Positions 1-8,635 of a stretch of 21,171 nucleotides of DNA are shown here, piece by piece (position 1 is the stretch's first letter; each line of letters opens with the position of its first letter). The DNA is from Breznakia blatticola. Lineage in GTDB: Bacteria; Bacillota_I; Bacilli_A; Erysipelotrichales; Erysipelotrichaceae. The stretch is from NCBI RefSeq assembly GCF_004365815.1, contig NZ_SODD01000015.1:1-21171 (forward strand). Reading direction: 5' to 3'. Both the position numbers and the translations under genes were made by a program. Under the pieces are notes generated by a model that worked only from the letters and a program-made list of their open reading frames with translations, searched no databases and was not told the origin of the DNA.

Positions 1-2
1 AG

Positions 3-734
3 CACCATCTCAAAAGATATTTCGAGAAAATCCCTGAAAATGAGCGATTAAAGGTCAAATATGTCACTATGGATATGTGGCTAACCTACAAAGATTTCAC
101 TAAACAATACTAAAAAAATGCTATTATAGCAGCTGATCCATTTCATGTCGTTAAAAACTTAATGGAGTGTTTCACTAATATTCGCTTAAATATTCTTCGA
201 CAAGTTGAATACGGTAGTGACGCATATCATTTACTAAAAAAATGGAAAGATCTTCTTGATAAAGATTGCAACTTAGACAACGAACCAAGATATAATAGTC
301 GTTTTCGTCAGAAACTAAATAAACGGCAATTACTAGAAATGACATTAGCTATTAGCGAGAATCTTGCTCAGGGATATAAGTTGAAGGAAATGTATAGAAA
401 TTTTAATCAGAACGGTACATCCGAAAACTGTGAAGAATGGTTTGATGCTTTACCAATTGCATTTAAAGATTCTACTATTAGTGAGTATGAGCCATTTATA
501 ACCTTACTAACTAACTGGAGAATAGAGATACTCAATTCTTTTAAAAGACCTTATGATGATAACCGAAAACTCTCCAACGCACTATCCGAAAATGCTAATG
601 GTAAAATTAAAATCTACATCGCTATATCTAGAGGAATCTCAAACTTTGAACGATTTCGAAAGAGAATTCTATTTGCATTAAATAAAAAAGTATATTACTC
701 GATAACAGATAAAGTTGATTTACAGTCAAAATAA
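3..734 (+). pseudogene. ISL3-family DDE transposase, C-terminal ~240 codons; 5' end lost at the window edge; one in-frame TAA at 111-113
   Basis: Frame 3 reads HHLKRYFEKIPENERLKVKYVTMDMWLTYKDFTKQY-TAA-KNAIIAADPFHVVKNLMECFTNIR and continues in the same frame into tracked ORF 162-734. The blocks V.MDM (D), A.DPFHV (D) and SN.LSE.ANGKIK....RG..NFERFR.RIL (E) match the DDE_Tnp_ISL3 signature as I remember the family. No search was run. Confidence 0.8.
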
Positions 735-748
735 CCTCACAAAAAAAA

Positions 749-790
749 GGAAGTATTTCATCACCATATTTGGTATGAATACTTCCTTTA
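749..790 (+). terminator. Hairpin downstream of the transposase stop
   Basis: GGAAGTATT (749-757) pairs with AATACTTCC (778-786). An A-run (741-748) precedes it and TTTAT follows. The loop is long (~20 nt), so it is only a moderate terminator candidate. Confidence 0.4.
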
Positions 791-800
791 TAAGATGTGT

Positions 801-848
801 AACCACACATTAAGTGATAGTCCTATTTTCAAAAACCACACATTAAGT
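801..848. repeat. 15-bp perfect direct repeat AACCACACATTAAGT x2 (801-815 and 834-848)
   Basis: Read directly from the sequence. The repeat lies between the transposase remnant and the operon terminator. It may be subterminal IS sequence or a small duplication. Confidence 0.6.
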
Positions 849-856
849 TACATTAC

Positions 857-891
857 CCAAAAAAAACCAATCTCATGTATAGAAATTGGTT
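857..891 (-). terminator. Rho-independent terminator of the phosphorylase/ABC/kinase operon
   Basis: The minus strand reads AACCAATTTC-tatacat-GAGATTGGTT (10-bp stem with one G.U) followed by TTTTTTGG. It starts 9 nt after the kinase stop at 900-902. Confidence 0.7.
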
Positions 892-899
892 ATTATAAT

Positions 900-1805
900 T
901 TAGCGTAGATATGTATCTCTAGCACCAACAAAGGCTCCATAGGTTGGACCATTTACCGGCTCTACTAAAGTGAGTGCTGGTAGCAATTTTGCTTTAAACG
1001 CTTGCTTCATTTGTTCAGCATTCCATAAACTTCCACCATAACTTATATTTGTGATGCCTGTTTGTGCATATAAGGTATTTGCTAGAAGTGCTAAATCCGT
1101 TGCTGCCTGTTCAAATATTGCTAGTGCAGCAGGATCTTTTTCCTTTGCTAGTTCATATACATCTAATGATAGTGATGCAAGTTTCTCACGTTTGTTTTCT
1201 AGTGTATCAGAAACAAAAGAAATTATATCGTATGGGCTAGTAAACTCATATTTATTCATCATGTAGGTATAAAGGAAGGTTTGTTTTTTACGCCCATCTG
1301 CTTGTTCGCTAAATTCCTTTAACAACATTTTACCAACTGCATAAGCGCTTCCTTCATCACCAATTTGATAGCCCCAACCACCACTCATCGTAAAGTGATC
1401 TTTTGCTTTTGCATAAGCGATACTTCCAGTTCCTGCAATCACAAGAATTCCATCCGCACCATCGAATGCCCCAAATAAAGCAACTTGTCCATCATTGAAT
1501 ACAACAAATGGAACATCACCAAATGCTTTTTTACATACTTGGTCGGTCTTTTCTTGCATCGGGGCATTACCACCATAGCCACCTAGACCCAATCCAACAT
1601 AAAGTTGGTAAGCTTCATCTTTTGGAAATTGCTCTTTAATAAAGTTAAATCCTTCTTTTAAAAGTTCCACCGATTCAGCTTCACTTTTTTGCATGATATG
1701 TACACTACCTAGAGTGATTGAAGCTAGTTCTTTACCATTTGCATCATATCCGGCAAAGTGTGTTTTTGTGCCTCCACCGTCAATTCCAATAATATATGTT
1801 TTCAT
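900..1805 (-). CDS. BadF/BadG/BcrA/BcrD-type ATPase, N-acetylglucosamine-kinase-like sugar kinase (301 aa)
   Basis: Tracked ORF 900-1832. The preferred start is ATG 1805 (MKTYIIGIDGGGTKT), with AGGAG 8 nt upstream and 16 nt after the stop of the ATPase gene. The tracked ATG at 1832 would overlap that gene. The motifs GIDGGGTKT, IAGTGS and GGWGYQIGDEGS are typical of the NAGK/BadF kinase fold. Confidence 0.8.
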   Translation of the reverse strand: MKTYIIGIDGGGTKTHFAGYDANGKELASITLGSVHIMQKSEAESVELLKEGFNFIKEQFPKDEAYQLYVGLGLGGYGGNAPMQEKTDQVCKKAFGDVPFVVFNDGQVALFGAFDGADGILVIAGTGSIAYAKAKDHFTMSGGWGYQIGDEGSAYAVGKMLLKEFSEQADGRKKQTFLYTYMMNKYEFTSPYDIISFVSDTLENKREKLASLSLDVYELAKEKDPAALAIFEQAATDLALLANTLYAQTGITNISYGGSLWNAEQMKQAFKAKLLPALTLVEPVNGPTYGAFVGARDTYLR

Positions 1806-1821
1806 CCAGTTGACTCCTAAA

Positions 1822-2916
1822 TTATTTGTCAATTCTCAGTGTTGTATCCACATCAAAGAAATGTACTTTTCCTAAATCAAATGTTAATTTTGTTTGTGAA
1901 TGTGATTCAATTCCTAAGCGAGTTGAAACTTTCGCAATTAATGGTTGATCATAAAATGTACCATGTAAAATACTTTCATGTCCTAAAAGCTCACTAATAT
2001 CTACTTGGAAGGTAAAACTTGCACTTGGATAGGTTCCTTCTACAATTCCTTCTGAATAAATATCCTCTGGGCGAATTCCCATAACAACTTCTTTACCTTC
2101 ATAATCCTTAATATCTGAATCGAATTTTTCTGGTAATTCCATATGTAAATCCCCGATTACAAAACTATTATTTTCAATACGTCCATGTAAGAAATTGGTA
2201 GCTGGACTTCCCACAAACCCTGCCACAAACATGTTTGCTGGATTGTTGTAGATTTCTTTTGGTGTTCCAATTTGTTGGATATACCCATCTTTCATTACGA
2301 CAATGCGTGTTGCCATTGTCATCGCTTCTGTTTGGTCATGGGTAACATAAATTGTTGTCGCACCAACACGTTCATGTAATTTGATAATTTCTGAACGCAT
2401 CGCTACACGTAATTTTGCATCCAAGTTACTTAATGGTTCATCCATCAAGAATACTTCTGCATTTCTTACAATTGCACGTCCTAGTGCAACCCTTTGACGT
2501 TGTCCACCCGATAACGCCTTTGGCTTACGGTCTAAATAATCTGTAATTTCAAGAATTTTTGCTGCATCGCGTACACGTGCATCAATTTCAGCTTTTGGTA
2601 CCTTACGGATTTGTAGACCAAAGGCCATATTGTCATACACACTTAAGTGTGGATACAGTGCATACGATTGAAAGACCATGGCGATATCACGATCTTTAGG
2701 TAATACATCATTCATCTTTGCTTCATTGATGAATAGTTCACCTGATGTTATATCTTCAAGACCGGCAATCATACGTAAAGTTGTACTTTTCCCACATCCT
2801 GAAGGACCAACAAAGACGATAAACTCTTTGTCTTTTATTTCCAAGTTGAAATCAAATACCGCTTGGACATTATTATCATAAATTTTATTTATATTTTTTA
2901 GCTGTAGTGTTGCCAT
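1822..2916 (-). CDS. Sugar ABC transporter ATP-binding protein, MsmK/MalK/UgpC type (364 aa)
   Basis: Walker [10 protein letters not shown], signature [14 protein letters not shown], Walker [12 protein letters not shown] and H-loop YVTHDQ are all present. A C-terminal MalK-like regulatory domain follows. The RBS is TAGGAGGAACT-ATG. Confidence 0.93.
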   Translation of the reverse strand: MATLQLKNINKIYDNNVQAVFDFNLEIKDKEFIVFVGPSGCGKSTTLRMIAGLEDITSGELFINEAKMNDVLPKDRDIAMVFQSYALYPHLSVYDNMAFGLQIRKVPKAEIDARVRDAAKILEITDYLDRKPKALSGGQRQRVALGRAIVRNAEVFLMDEPLSNLDAKLRVAMRSEIIKLHERVGATTIYVTHDQTEAMTMATRIVVMKDGYIQQIGTPKEIYNNPANMFVAGFVGSPATNFLHGRIENNSFVIGDLHMELPEKFDSDIKDYEGKEVVMGIRPEDIYSEGIVEGTYPSASFTFQVDISELLGHESILHGTFYDQPLIAKVSTRLGIESHSQTKLTFDLGKVHFFDVDTTLRIDK

Positions 2917-2924
2917 AGTTCCTC

Positions 2925-3095
2925 CTATTTATATCGACGATTGTATAGATATAACAATCCAAGTAAACCGCATAATCCAACAAGTTGTACGAGTAGACCT
3001 GCATACCCTATATGTTTTTGTCCTACAATCACCATGGTTAGTGAAGCAATAAAGGTACAAATAATTAAAATTGTTTTAAGTGTTTTATTTTCCAT
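2925..3095 (-). CDS. Untracked small ORF, 56-aa predicted two-TM membrane protein
   Basis: Hand translation gives [56 protein letters not shown]. The ATG at 3093-3095 lies 9 nt after the permease stop and has AGGTG upstream. Its TAG stop (2925-2927) sits inside the Shine-Dalgarno (TAGGAGG) of the ATPase gene. Two hydrophobic helices are separated by GQKH, with a basic C-terminus. At under 60 aa it is below the cut-off of the ORF track. Confidence 0.55.
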   Translation of the reverse strand: MENKTLKTILIICTFIASLTMVIVGQKHIGYAGLLVQLVGLCGLLGLLYLYNRRYK

Positions 3096-3104
3096 ATGTA
3101 GCAC

Positions 3105-3974
3105 CTAATCCTTTAATCCACCAAGGGTCATCCCTTGTGTCAGTTTCTTTTGCACCATAATATATAGGATCAATGTTGGTAACATAACAATCACAAGTCC
3201 TGCATACATCGGTCCATAATTTGCTGCTGCTTTTTGCGATTGCATCAAGTTGATTAGACCAACTGGTAATGTTTTACTTGCTCCTGGCATCAAAGTTAAA
3301 GCAATAATGTATTCATTCCAGAAAGACAAGAAGTTAAATAGAATTACCGTGATGATACTTGGCTTTGCCATTGGAATCATTATTTTTACCATCGTGCGGA
3401 AATAGCCAGAACCATCCATATACGCTGCTTCTTCATACGCTTTTGGTAATGTTCTAAAGTAACTTGTTAGTAAGTAGATCGTAAATGGTAGTGCAGTAGC
3501 TGCATAAATAATAGCTAACACCACAATGTTATTCAAAAAGATTCTCTGTCCTATAATTTGTGAAATCCCTTTATCCCAACTTAATAACATCAGGAAGATT
3601 GGTACAACAATATAGTTCACGTTAATGAATAATCCACTCATAAATCCAAGGTTTACAATTTTCTTTCCTTTAAAGCGGAAACGCGCAAGTGCATATGATG
3701 CAGGTAAAGCAACAACCAACAAAATCAGAAGACCCAATCCTGTTGCCACAATGGAATTGATGAAGTACTCACCCATATTCGCTTTATCAATGGCATCAAT
3801 AAAGTTTTGGAAATGAAGGCCAATCGGCATTGTCCATGGACTACCATAGAATTCACTATTTTGTTTCACCGATGCTAGAAACACCCAAGCAACTGGCACA
3901 ATAATAGAAATCGCTAATGTAAATAAGGCTACATATATAAAGATGCGATATAAACGATTTGTTTTTTTATCCAT
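3105..3974 (-). CDS. Carbohydrate ABC transporter permease, MalG-like (289 aa)
   Basis: Six hydrophobic segments. The EAA loop reads YEEAAYMDGSGYFRTMVKIMIPMAKP. The RBS is GGAGGT. Confidence 0.92.
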   Translation of the reverse strand: MDKKTNRLYRIFIYVALFTLAISIIVPVAWVFLASVKQNSEFYGSPWTMPIGLHFQNFIDAIDKANMGEYFINSIVATGLGLLILLVVALPASYALARFRFKGKKIVNLGFMSGLFINVNYIVVPIFLMLLSWDKGISQIIGQRIFLNNIVVLAIIYAATALPFTIYLLTSYFRTLPKAYEEAAYMDGSGYFRTMVKIMIPMAKPSIITVILFNFLSFWNEYIIALTLMPGASKTLPVGLINLMQSQKAAANYGPMYAGLVIVMLPTLILYIMVQKKLTQGMTLGGLKD

Positions 3975-3985
3975 AACATAACCTC

Positions 3986-4879
3986 CTAAAATTCCATGTC
4001 ATCACGTAATGTGATTTTATTTACTACTGCACTAAGTACAAATGAGAAGATAAAGACAATTGCTCCAATTGCCATACCATACCCATATGTTGCATTATCA
4101 TATGCTTGACGATATAAGTAGCTTAAGAATACTTCACTTGCTCCATTTGGACCCCCACCGGTCATAACTTTCACAAATAAGAAACTTAAGTTAATTGAAC
4201 TAATAATATAGAATGTCAACGTTGTTCTAATATTCCCCCAAATCAATGGCAATGTGATTTTAAAGAATTGTTGAACTTTGTTTGCTCCATCCAGCGATGC
4301 ACTTTCATAGAGGTGTTCTGGAATACTTGACATACTTGCCATATACATAACCATGTAGTATCCAATTGCCTGCCAAATCATCGTTCCAATCACTGCATAA
4401 ATTACGATGGATTGATCTCCTAAAAATTTAATTCCTTCCCAATTTTCAGGCTTAAATAAACCAATAATACTATTTAATAATCCATTGCTTGGATCATAAA
4501 TTGCACTAAAGATAGAAGATATTACAACGACAGATAATACGTTAGGTATATAGAAAATAACTCGAAAGAAGTTTTCTCCTTTTACCTTTTCTCTTGTAAG
4601 AATTGCCGCAAAAACCACCGCGAATATAAGTGTAACAATCGCAACCAATACAATAATCAGAATGGTGTTTTGACACGATCTAATAAAGTTCATATCTTTA
4701 AATAAAATAAAGAAATTGTTTAATCCGACAAACTCTTGATTTGCGGATAATCCTCCCCACTTCAACAATGACATTCGAAATACATTTAATGTAGGGAAGA
4801 CCATAAATACCGTAAATAAGATAATTGCTGGCGCTAAACACAACCAAATAAATCGTCTCTCTTGTTTTTTGTTTTTCAT
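3986..4879 (-). CDS. Carbohydrate ABC transporter permease, MalF-like (297 aa)
   Basis: Polytopic membrane protein. The EAA loop reads YESASLDGANKVQQFFKITLPL. It lies 11 nt upstream of the MalG-like gene. Confidence 0.92.
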   Translation of the reverse strand: MKNKKQERRFIWLCLAPAIILFTVFMVFPTLNVFRMSLLKWGGLSANQEFVGLNNFFILFKDMNFIRSCQNTILIIVLVAIVTLIFAVVFAAILTREKVKGENFFRVIFYIPNVLSVVVISSIFSAIYDPSNGLLNSIIGLFKPENWEGIKFLGDQSIVIYAVIGTMIWQAIGYYMVMYMASMSSIPEHLYESASLDGANKVQQFFKITLPLIWGNIRTTLTFYIISSINLSFLFVKVMTGGGPNGASEVFLSYLYRQAYDNATYGYGMAIGAIVFIFSFVLSAVVNKITLRDDMEF

Positions 4880-4894
4880 ACGTCTTCCTTTCTT

Positions 4895-4921
4895 AAAAAA
4901 ATAGCGGTGTTGCCACCGCTA
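4895..4921 (-). terminator. GC-rich stem-loop plus T-run between the binding-protein gene and the permease genes (intra-operon attenuator or mRNA stabiliser)
   Basis: The minus strand reads TAGCGGTG-gcaa-CACCGCTA followed by TTTTTTT. It starts 4 nt after the SBP stop and ends ~15 nt before the permease RBS (AAAGGAAG). Confidence 0.65.
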
Positions 4922-4925
4922 CATT

Positions 4926-6269
4926 TTATTTGTTTGCTTCAACAACTTTTTTAAGCCCAGTTAGGAATTCATCATACCATTGATCAACCGTTTTGTCTTT
5001 TGTCATTACTGAGTTTACGGTTCCATATAAGATTCCTTCTGCACCTGTTAAGTCTACACCTTCCACTTGGTTTTCAAGTGCTGCAAATCCAACTGCGTTA
5101 GCTTTTGCACCATTGTCGTAGATTGAGTAGAAAATTTTATTAATGTCATCATCTTTAATGTTGTCAGATGCGTTAACTGTAGGCATTACAGCAGATTTTC
5201 CTTTTGTGTAGAATAATGTAGCTGCTTCATCTGAGTAGCAGTAAGCCATGAATTTTTTAGCTAAATCAACATTTTCTGCACCTTCTGGAATGTACATTTG
5301 TTCTGTGAATGTAGTTGAGTAAGCATCACCATCAGCAGTTACTTTTGGTAAAGCCATCATTCCCCATTCAAATCCTTCAGCTCTTGGTGCATCTTCCATT
5401 TCACCTGGTAACCAAGTTCCATTAGGAATAAATAGTGCTTTGTTGTCTAAGATTGCTTGTTGGTTTTTCGTGAAGTCAGTTCCGTTAGCTTGTGCTACAG
5501 TGTTTGGTTCAATGTATTCAGCAAGTTTTCCAACGATTTCAAATGCTTTTTTCGCATCTTCACTTTCCCAAGTTTTTTCATCATAGTGCATCATTTTGTC
5601 ATATGCATCTGGTCCAGCAGTTTCATTTAATAATGCAGAGAAGAATGCATCAAAGTATCCAGTTGTTGGGTATGTAAATAAAGCAATACCTTCTGCTTTT
5701 GCTTTGTCTCCTAAAGCAAACATTTCATCCCAAGTTGTTGGTACTTCCCATCCTTTTTCAGCAAATAATCCAGCATTGTAGAACAATCCACATGGTGAAT
5801 AGTTAAGTGGTGCTAAGTATAATTTACCATCATCGTAAGGACGTAAGTTTAATGCATCTGTAAATCCAGGAATGATGTTTTCTTTTACAGTTACATCTGA
5901 TCCAGGAATTTTCATGTCTAATAAATCATCAATTGGTTGAATTTGTTTTTCTTTCACCATCGTGTCAGTTAATCCACCTTGTGCTCCAATTGATAGGTAG
6001 ATAATATCAGGAATGTCTTCACCAGCTTGGATTCTTGGACGAAGTACATCTGAGATGTTCTTTTCGAATTCCAATTCTACCTTTACACCTTCGATTTTCT
6101 CAAATTCTTTGGCAACTGCTTCCCAACCGCCAGTTCCAAATCCACCATCAAGTCCTGCAATTTTAAGAACTTTTTCGTCTGTGTCAGCTTCTTTACCAGA
6201 ACCTCCACATCCTGCTAATGCTGTTAACATCACAGCACTCACACAGGCGAACTTCATAAATTTTTTCAT
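4926..6269 (-). CDS. Extracellular solute-binding lipoprotein, family-1 (CUT1) sugar-binding protein (447 aa)
   Basis: The signal peptide carries a lipobox (MLTALAG-C-GGSGK). Size and composition are typical of oligosaccharide SBPs. The RBS is AAAGGAGGA. By context it is the importer for the GH112 substrate disaccharide. Confidence 0.88.
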   Translation of the reverse strand: MKKFMKFACVSAVMLTALAGCGGSGKEADTDEKVLKIAGLDGGFGTGGWEAVAKEFEKIEGVKVELEFEKNISDVLRPRIQAGEDIPDIIYLSIGAQGGLTDTMVKEKQIQPIDDLLDMKIPGSDVTVKENIIPGFTDALNLRPYDDGKLYLAPLNYSPCGLFYNAGLFAEKGWEVPTTWDEMFALGDKAKAEGIALFTYPTTGYFDAFFSALLNETAGPDAYDKMMHYDEKTWESEDAKKAFEIVGKLAEYIEPNTVAQANGTDFTKNQQAILDNKALFIPNGTWLPGEMEDAPRAEGFEWGMMALPKVTADGDAYSTTFTEQMYIPEGAENVDLAKKFMAYCYSDEAATLFYTKGKSAVMPTVNASDNIKDDDINKIFYSIYDNGAKANAVGFAALENQVEGVDLTGAEGILYGTVNSVMTKDKTVDQWYDEFLTGLKKVVEANK

Positions 6270-6327
6270 TGATTCGTATCCTCCTTTTATTGTGTCAAAT
6301 CAATCATCTACTTAAATCATAGTGCAA

Positions 6328-6341
6328 GTTAAGCGCTTACA
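6328..6341. promoter_or_regulatory. cre-like box (CcpA operator candidate) in the phosphorylase-SBP spacer
   Basis: The minus strand reads TGTAAGCGCTTAAC against the consensus TGWNANCGNTNWCA. Twelve of 14 positions match, and the core TAAGCGCTTA is a perfect palindrome. It lies ~22 nt downstream of the candidate -10 at 6363-6368. Confidence 0.5.
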
Positions 6342-6362
6342 CCATACAAGATATTGTCACGT

Positions 6363-6391
6363 ATTTTATATATATTGACTAACGCTTTCAA
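6363..6391 (-). promoter_or_regulatory. Candidate internal sigma-A promoter for the ABC transporter genes
   Basis: The minus strand reads TTGAAA (6386-6391), a 17-nt spacer, then TAAAAT (6363-6368). It begins 17 nt after the phosphorylase stop. I saw no hairpin between the stop and this promoter. Confidence 0.45.
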
Positions 6392-6407
6392 TATCTCTAA
6401 AACAACA

Positions 6408-8570
6408 TTAGACCGTAAACCATTTGATTTCTGTTGGTTCCAATTCTACTTTGTGGGTTTGGCCATTTGTTGTAAAAACCGTTGCTTCTTGTTTCTCATA
6501 TGTATTGTTTACCACACAGTAACTACTTGTTGATGGATACATATTTACTTCCACATTGTAGTTATCTGCATACCACTCTTCAATTTGATCTTCTTTACCA
6601 GCTGCATAGAACAAACTACGGTATAAAAGTCTCGTGTTTTCAAAGTTAAATGGTAATCCACTCATGTAAACTGCACGTCCTTTTCCATAATTATGCACTG
6701 CCAAGTTCACACTTTTTCCAGTCGTCTTAATTACAGTTGTATCGCGATCAGCATATGCAAATTGCACCTTATTTCCAAAGTTAAGCGTCTCTGGTAAACC
6801 TTTTGTAATGAAGTGTTCATGCTCATCCCAGTTATACTTGTCATGAGATAGGGTGAATCCAACTTCTTTATCTACACCAAGCACATCATATAATTGGAAA
6901 TAGTGTCCTTCTTTTTGATATGCACTAGGATCTCCAATTCCGATAAATCCATTTCCTTGGTATATATATTGACGTATTTTTGTAACGATCGCTTCATTTT
7001 TCCAGTATTCTCCTCCCGAGAATGATGTATATGCATCACCAACGTTTAGAATCACTCCTGGAGTATCAAGTACATCTTGACGTTCTAGTAATTCATCAAA
7101 ACTGATGAATTCGATATCTACTGGCAAACCACTTAGTGCTTCCAAATATCCTTCATAACCATAGTTGTCTTCGTATGGAATGGCATGATGTACCATGTGT
7201 GCACCCCATGAACGTAATTTTCCATACGAGTTAAGTACATATACTTTGAATGGTACACAGTATGGTTGTACTTGATTAACTTTGTCATACAATTCACGGA
7301 ATTCATCAGCAACTTCTTTAACATAGTCGATAAATTCTGGGAACTCCAATGCTAGTTTTAAGTATCCACCATAACCAATACGGTCAACTGGTTTTCGTAA
7401 TATCGCACGTCTTGCAGTTACCCAGTTCACTTTTGCTTCATGTAAAGGATCGCCTCCTTCATGGAACGTATCTGGGAAGAAGTATGGAAGTAATCTTCCT
7501 TCTGTATATTTCACACCTGGAATATCTGAGATGATTCGTAATGTTGAACCATTTCCTACACTTCCTACAACTGCATCCAAGCCAACTTCTTTAAAGTATT
7601 TACCATATGGCTCTGTACCAATCCAGTGATCTCCTAAGAACATCATCGCTTCTTTGCCAGCTTCATGTGTCGCATCAACAAATACTTTCATTAACTTACT
7701 AACTTCAATTTGTTGGAACTCCATGAAATCCTTGAATTCTTTGGTTGGAATGACAAACTGTGAATTGTAAGTTCCTTTGTTAATAATGAACTCTGGTCGA
7801 AATGGATAGCCAGCCCATGCTTCAAACTTTTCTAAAATATAAGGAGAAACACTTGCGTTATAGCCAAACCATTCTACAAATGATTCACGCGCTTGTTCAT
7901 CAAAAATCAATGTAAATTGATGGAAGAATGTTGTAAATCGAATCACATCAATTTCTGGATTTTCTTTTAAGTATCGTTTGAACTTATCAATCACATACGC
8001 TTGCGTCTTTGGTTGACGTACATCATATGTCATTTGATGTTCTTCATCTTTCCAATCATTGGTAATCGCATTGTACATATGTACAGGATCCCAAATAATG
8101 TATGCTAGAAAGCTTACCGTATATGCATGAAATGGTATAGCGTTACGAATTACCACTTCCTGTGTTGCTTCATCATAACTCCAATCTTCAAAGGCTACGA
8201 TTTCACCAGTTGTACGATCGATGACTTCCCACCACTTTGACATGTCATCATTTGTATTTGGTTGTAATAAATCTTTGTAGATATATTTCATGATTGAAAT
8301 TCTCAGTTCATCACTACTTGCACTTTCAAATTGTGACATGATGTATACTTGTTGAATTTCATCTGGGTTTTTTCTTGCCCAGTCATTATCTTTTCTTGTT
8401 GTATAATACGTTGCGTATTTTTTTACATCCAGACTTTTTAGTTCATCTGGCATGACGGTTCCATCGCAATCCCGTATCGCATCTCCACCCCAATAGTCTA
8501 TGATGCGAACGGTTTCACCGATCATATCGATATCTGTAGGGACGGTCAGTCTCCCTTTCTGTTTGCTCAC
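6408..8570 (-). CDS. lnpA: 1,3-beta-galactosyl-N-acetylhexosamine phosphorylase (lacto-N-biose/galacto-N-biose phosphorylase), GH112 (720 aa)
   Basis: GTG start with a GGAGGAG RBS. Long blocks match my memory of Bifidobacterium longum LnpA: YWEVIDRTTGE, YTVSFLAYIIWDPV, VIRFTTFF.QFTL.FDE, GKEAMMFLGDHWIGTEPY, GLDAVVGS.G.G.T.R.I.DIPGVKYTEGR.LPYFFPDTF, YGKGR.VY.SGLP and LL.R.LFYA. Confidence 0.93.
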   Translation of the reverse strand: MSKQKGRLTVPTDIDMIGETVRIIDYWGGDAIRDCDGTVMPDELKSLDVKKYATYYTTRKDNDWARKNPDEIQQVYIMSQFESASSDELRISIMKYIYKDLLQPNTNDDMSKWWEVIDRTTGEIVAFEDWSYDEATQEVVIRNAIPFHAYTVSFLAYIIWDPVHMYNAITNDWKDEEHQMTYDVRQPKTQAYVIDKFKRYLKENPEIDVIRFTTFFHQFTLIFDEQARESFVEWFGYNASVSPYILEKFEAWAGYPFRPEFIINKGTYNSQFVIPTKEFKDFMEFQQIEVSKLMKVFVDATHEAGKEAMMFLGDHWIGTEPYGKYFKEVGLDAVVGSVGNGSTLRIISDIPGVKYTEGRLLPYFFPDTFHEGGDPLHEAKVNWVTARRAILRKPVDRIGYGGYLKLALEFPEFIDYVKEVADEFRELYDKVNQVQPYCVPFKVYVLNSYGKLRSWGAHMVHHAIPYEDNYGYEGYLEALSGLPVDIEFISFDELLERQDVLDTPGVILNVGDAYTSFSGGEYWKNEAIVTKIRQYIYQGNGFIGIGDPSAYQKEGHYFQLYDVLGVDKEVGFTLSHDKYNWDEHEHFITKGLPETLNFGNKVQFAYADRDTTVIKTTGKSVNLAVHNYGKGRAVYMSGLPFNFENTRLLYRSLFYAAGKEDQIEEWYADNYNVEVNMYPSTSSYCVVNNTYEKQEATVFTTNGQTHKVELEPTEIKWFTV

Positions 8571-8635
8571 AAGATCTCCTCCTTTGCCTTACATCCACAT
8601 CATACCCAAAGCACTTTTTTTGTACAAGAGGGCAA

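Larger units (their letters stand above)
1..850 (+). mobile_element. 3' portion of an ISL3-family insertion sequence; right boundary approximate
   Basis: The transposase remnant ends at 734. A hairpin (749-786) and a 15-bp direct repeat (801-815, 834-848) follow, ahead of the terminator of the neighbouring operon (857-891). The terminal inverted repeat cannot be defined because the left end lies outside the window. Confidence 0.5.

Noticed and set aside
111-113. The in-frame TAA as evidence of stop-codon reassignment or programmed readthrough.
   Set aside because: TAA and TAG terminate the other well-supported genes in the window at the expected positions, for example at 900, 1822, 4926 and 6408. 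A single nonsense mutation in a decaying IS is the simpler explanation.
628-810. A 60-aa minus-strand ORF overlapping the transposase 3' end, and a 68-aa plus-strand ORF at 20380-20586.
   Set aside because: Both overlap better-supported features (the transposase, and the anchor-coding end of the surface protein plus its terminator). Both have implausible Phe/Leu/Cys-rich composition and no RBS.
900-1832. The longest-ORF start (MTNNLGVNW...) for the kinase. The same question arises for ATG 14032 of the DUF4874-like gene.
   Set aside because: The ATG at 1832 overlaps the upstream ATPase gene and has no RBS, whereas ATG 1805 has AGGAG at 8 nt. For the second gene, GTG 14002 has AAGGGAGGT at 7 nt while ATG 14032 has none.
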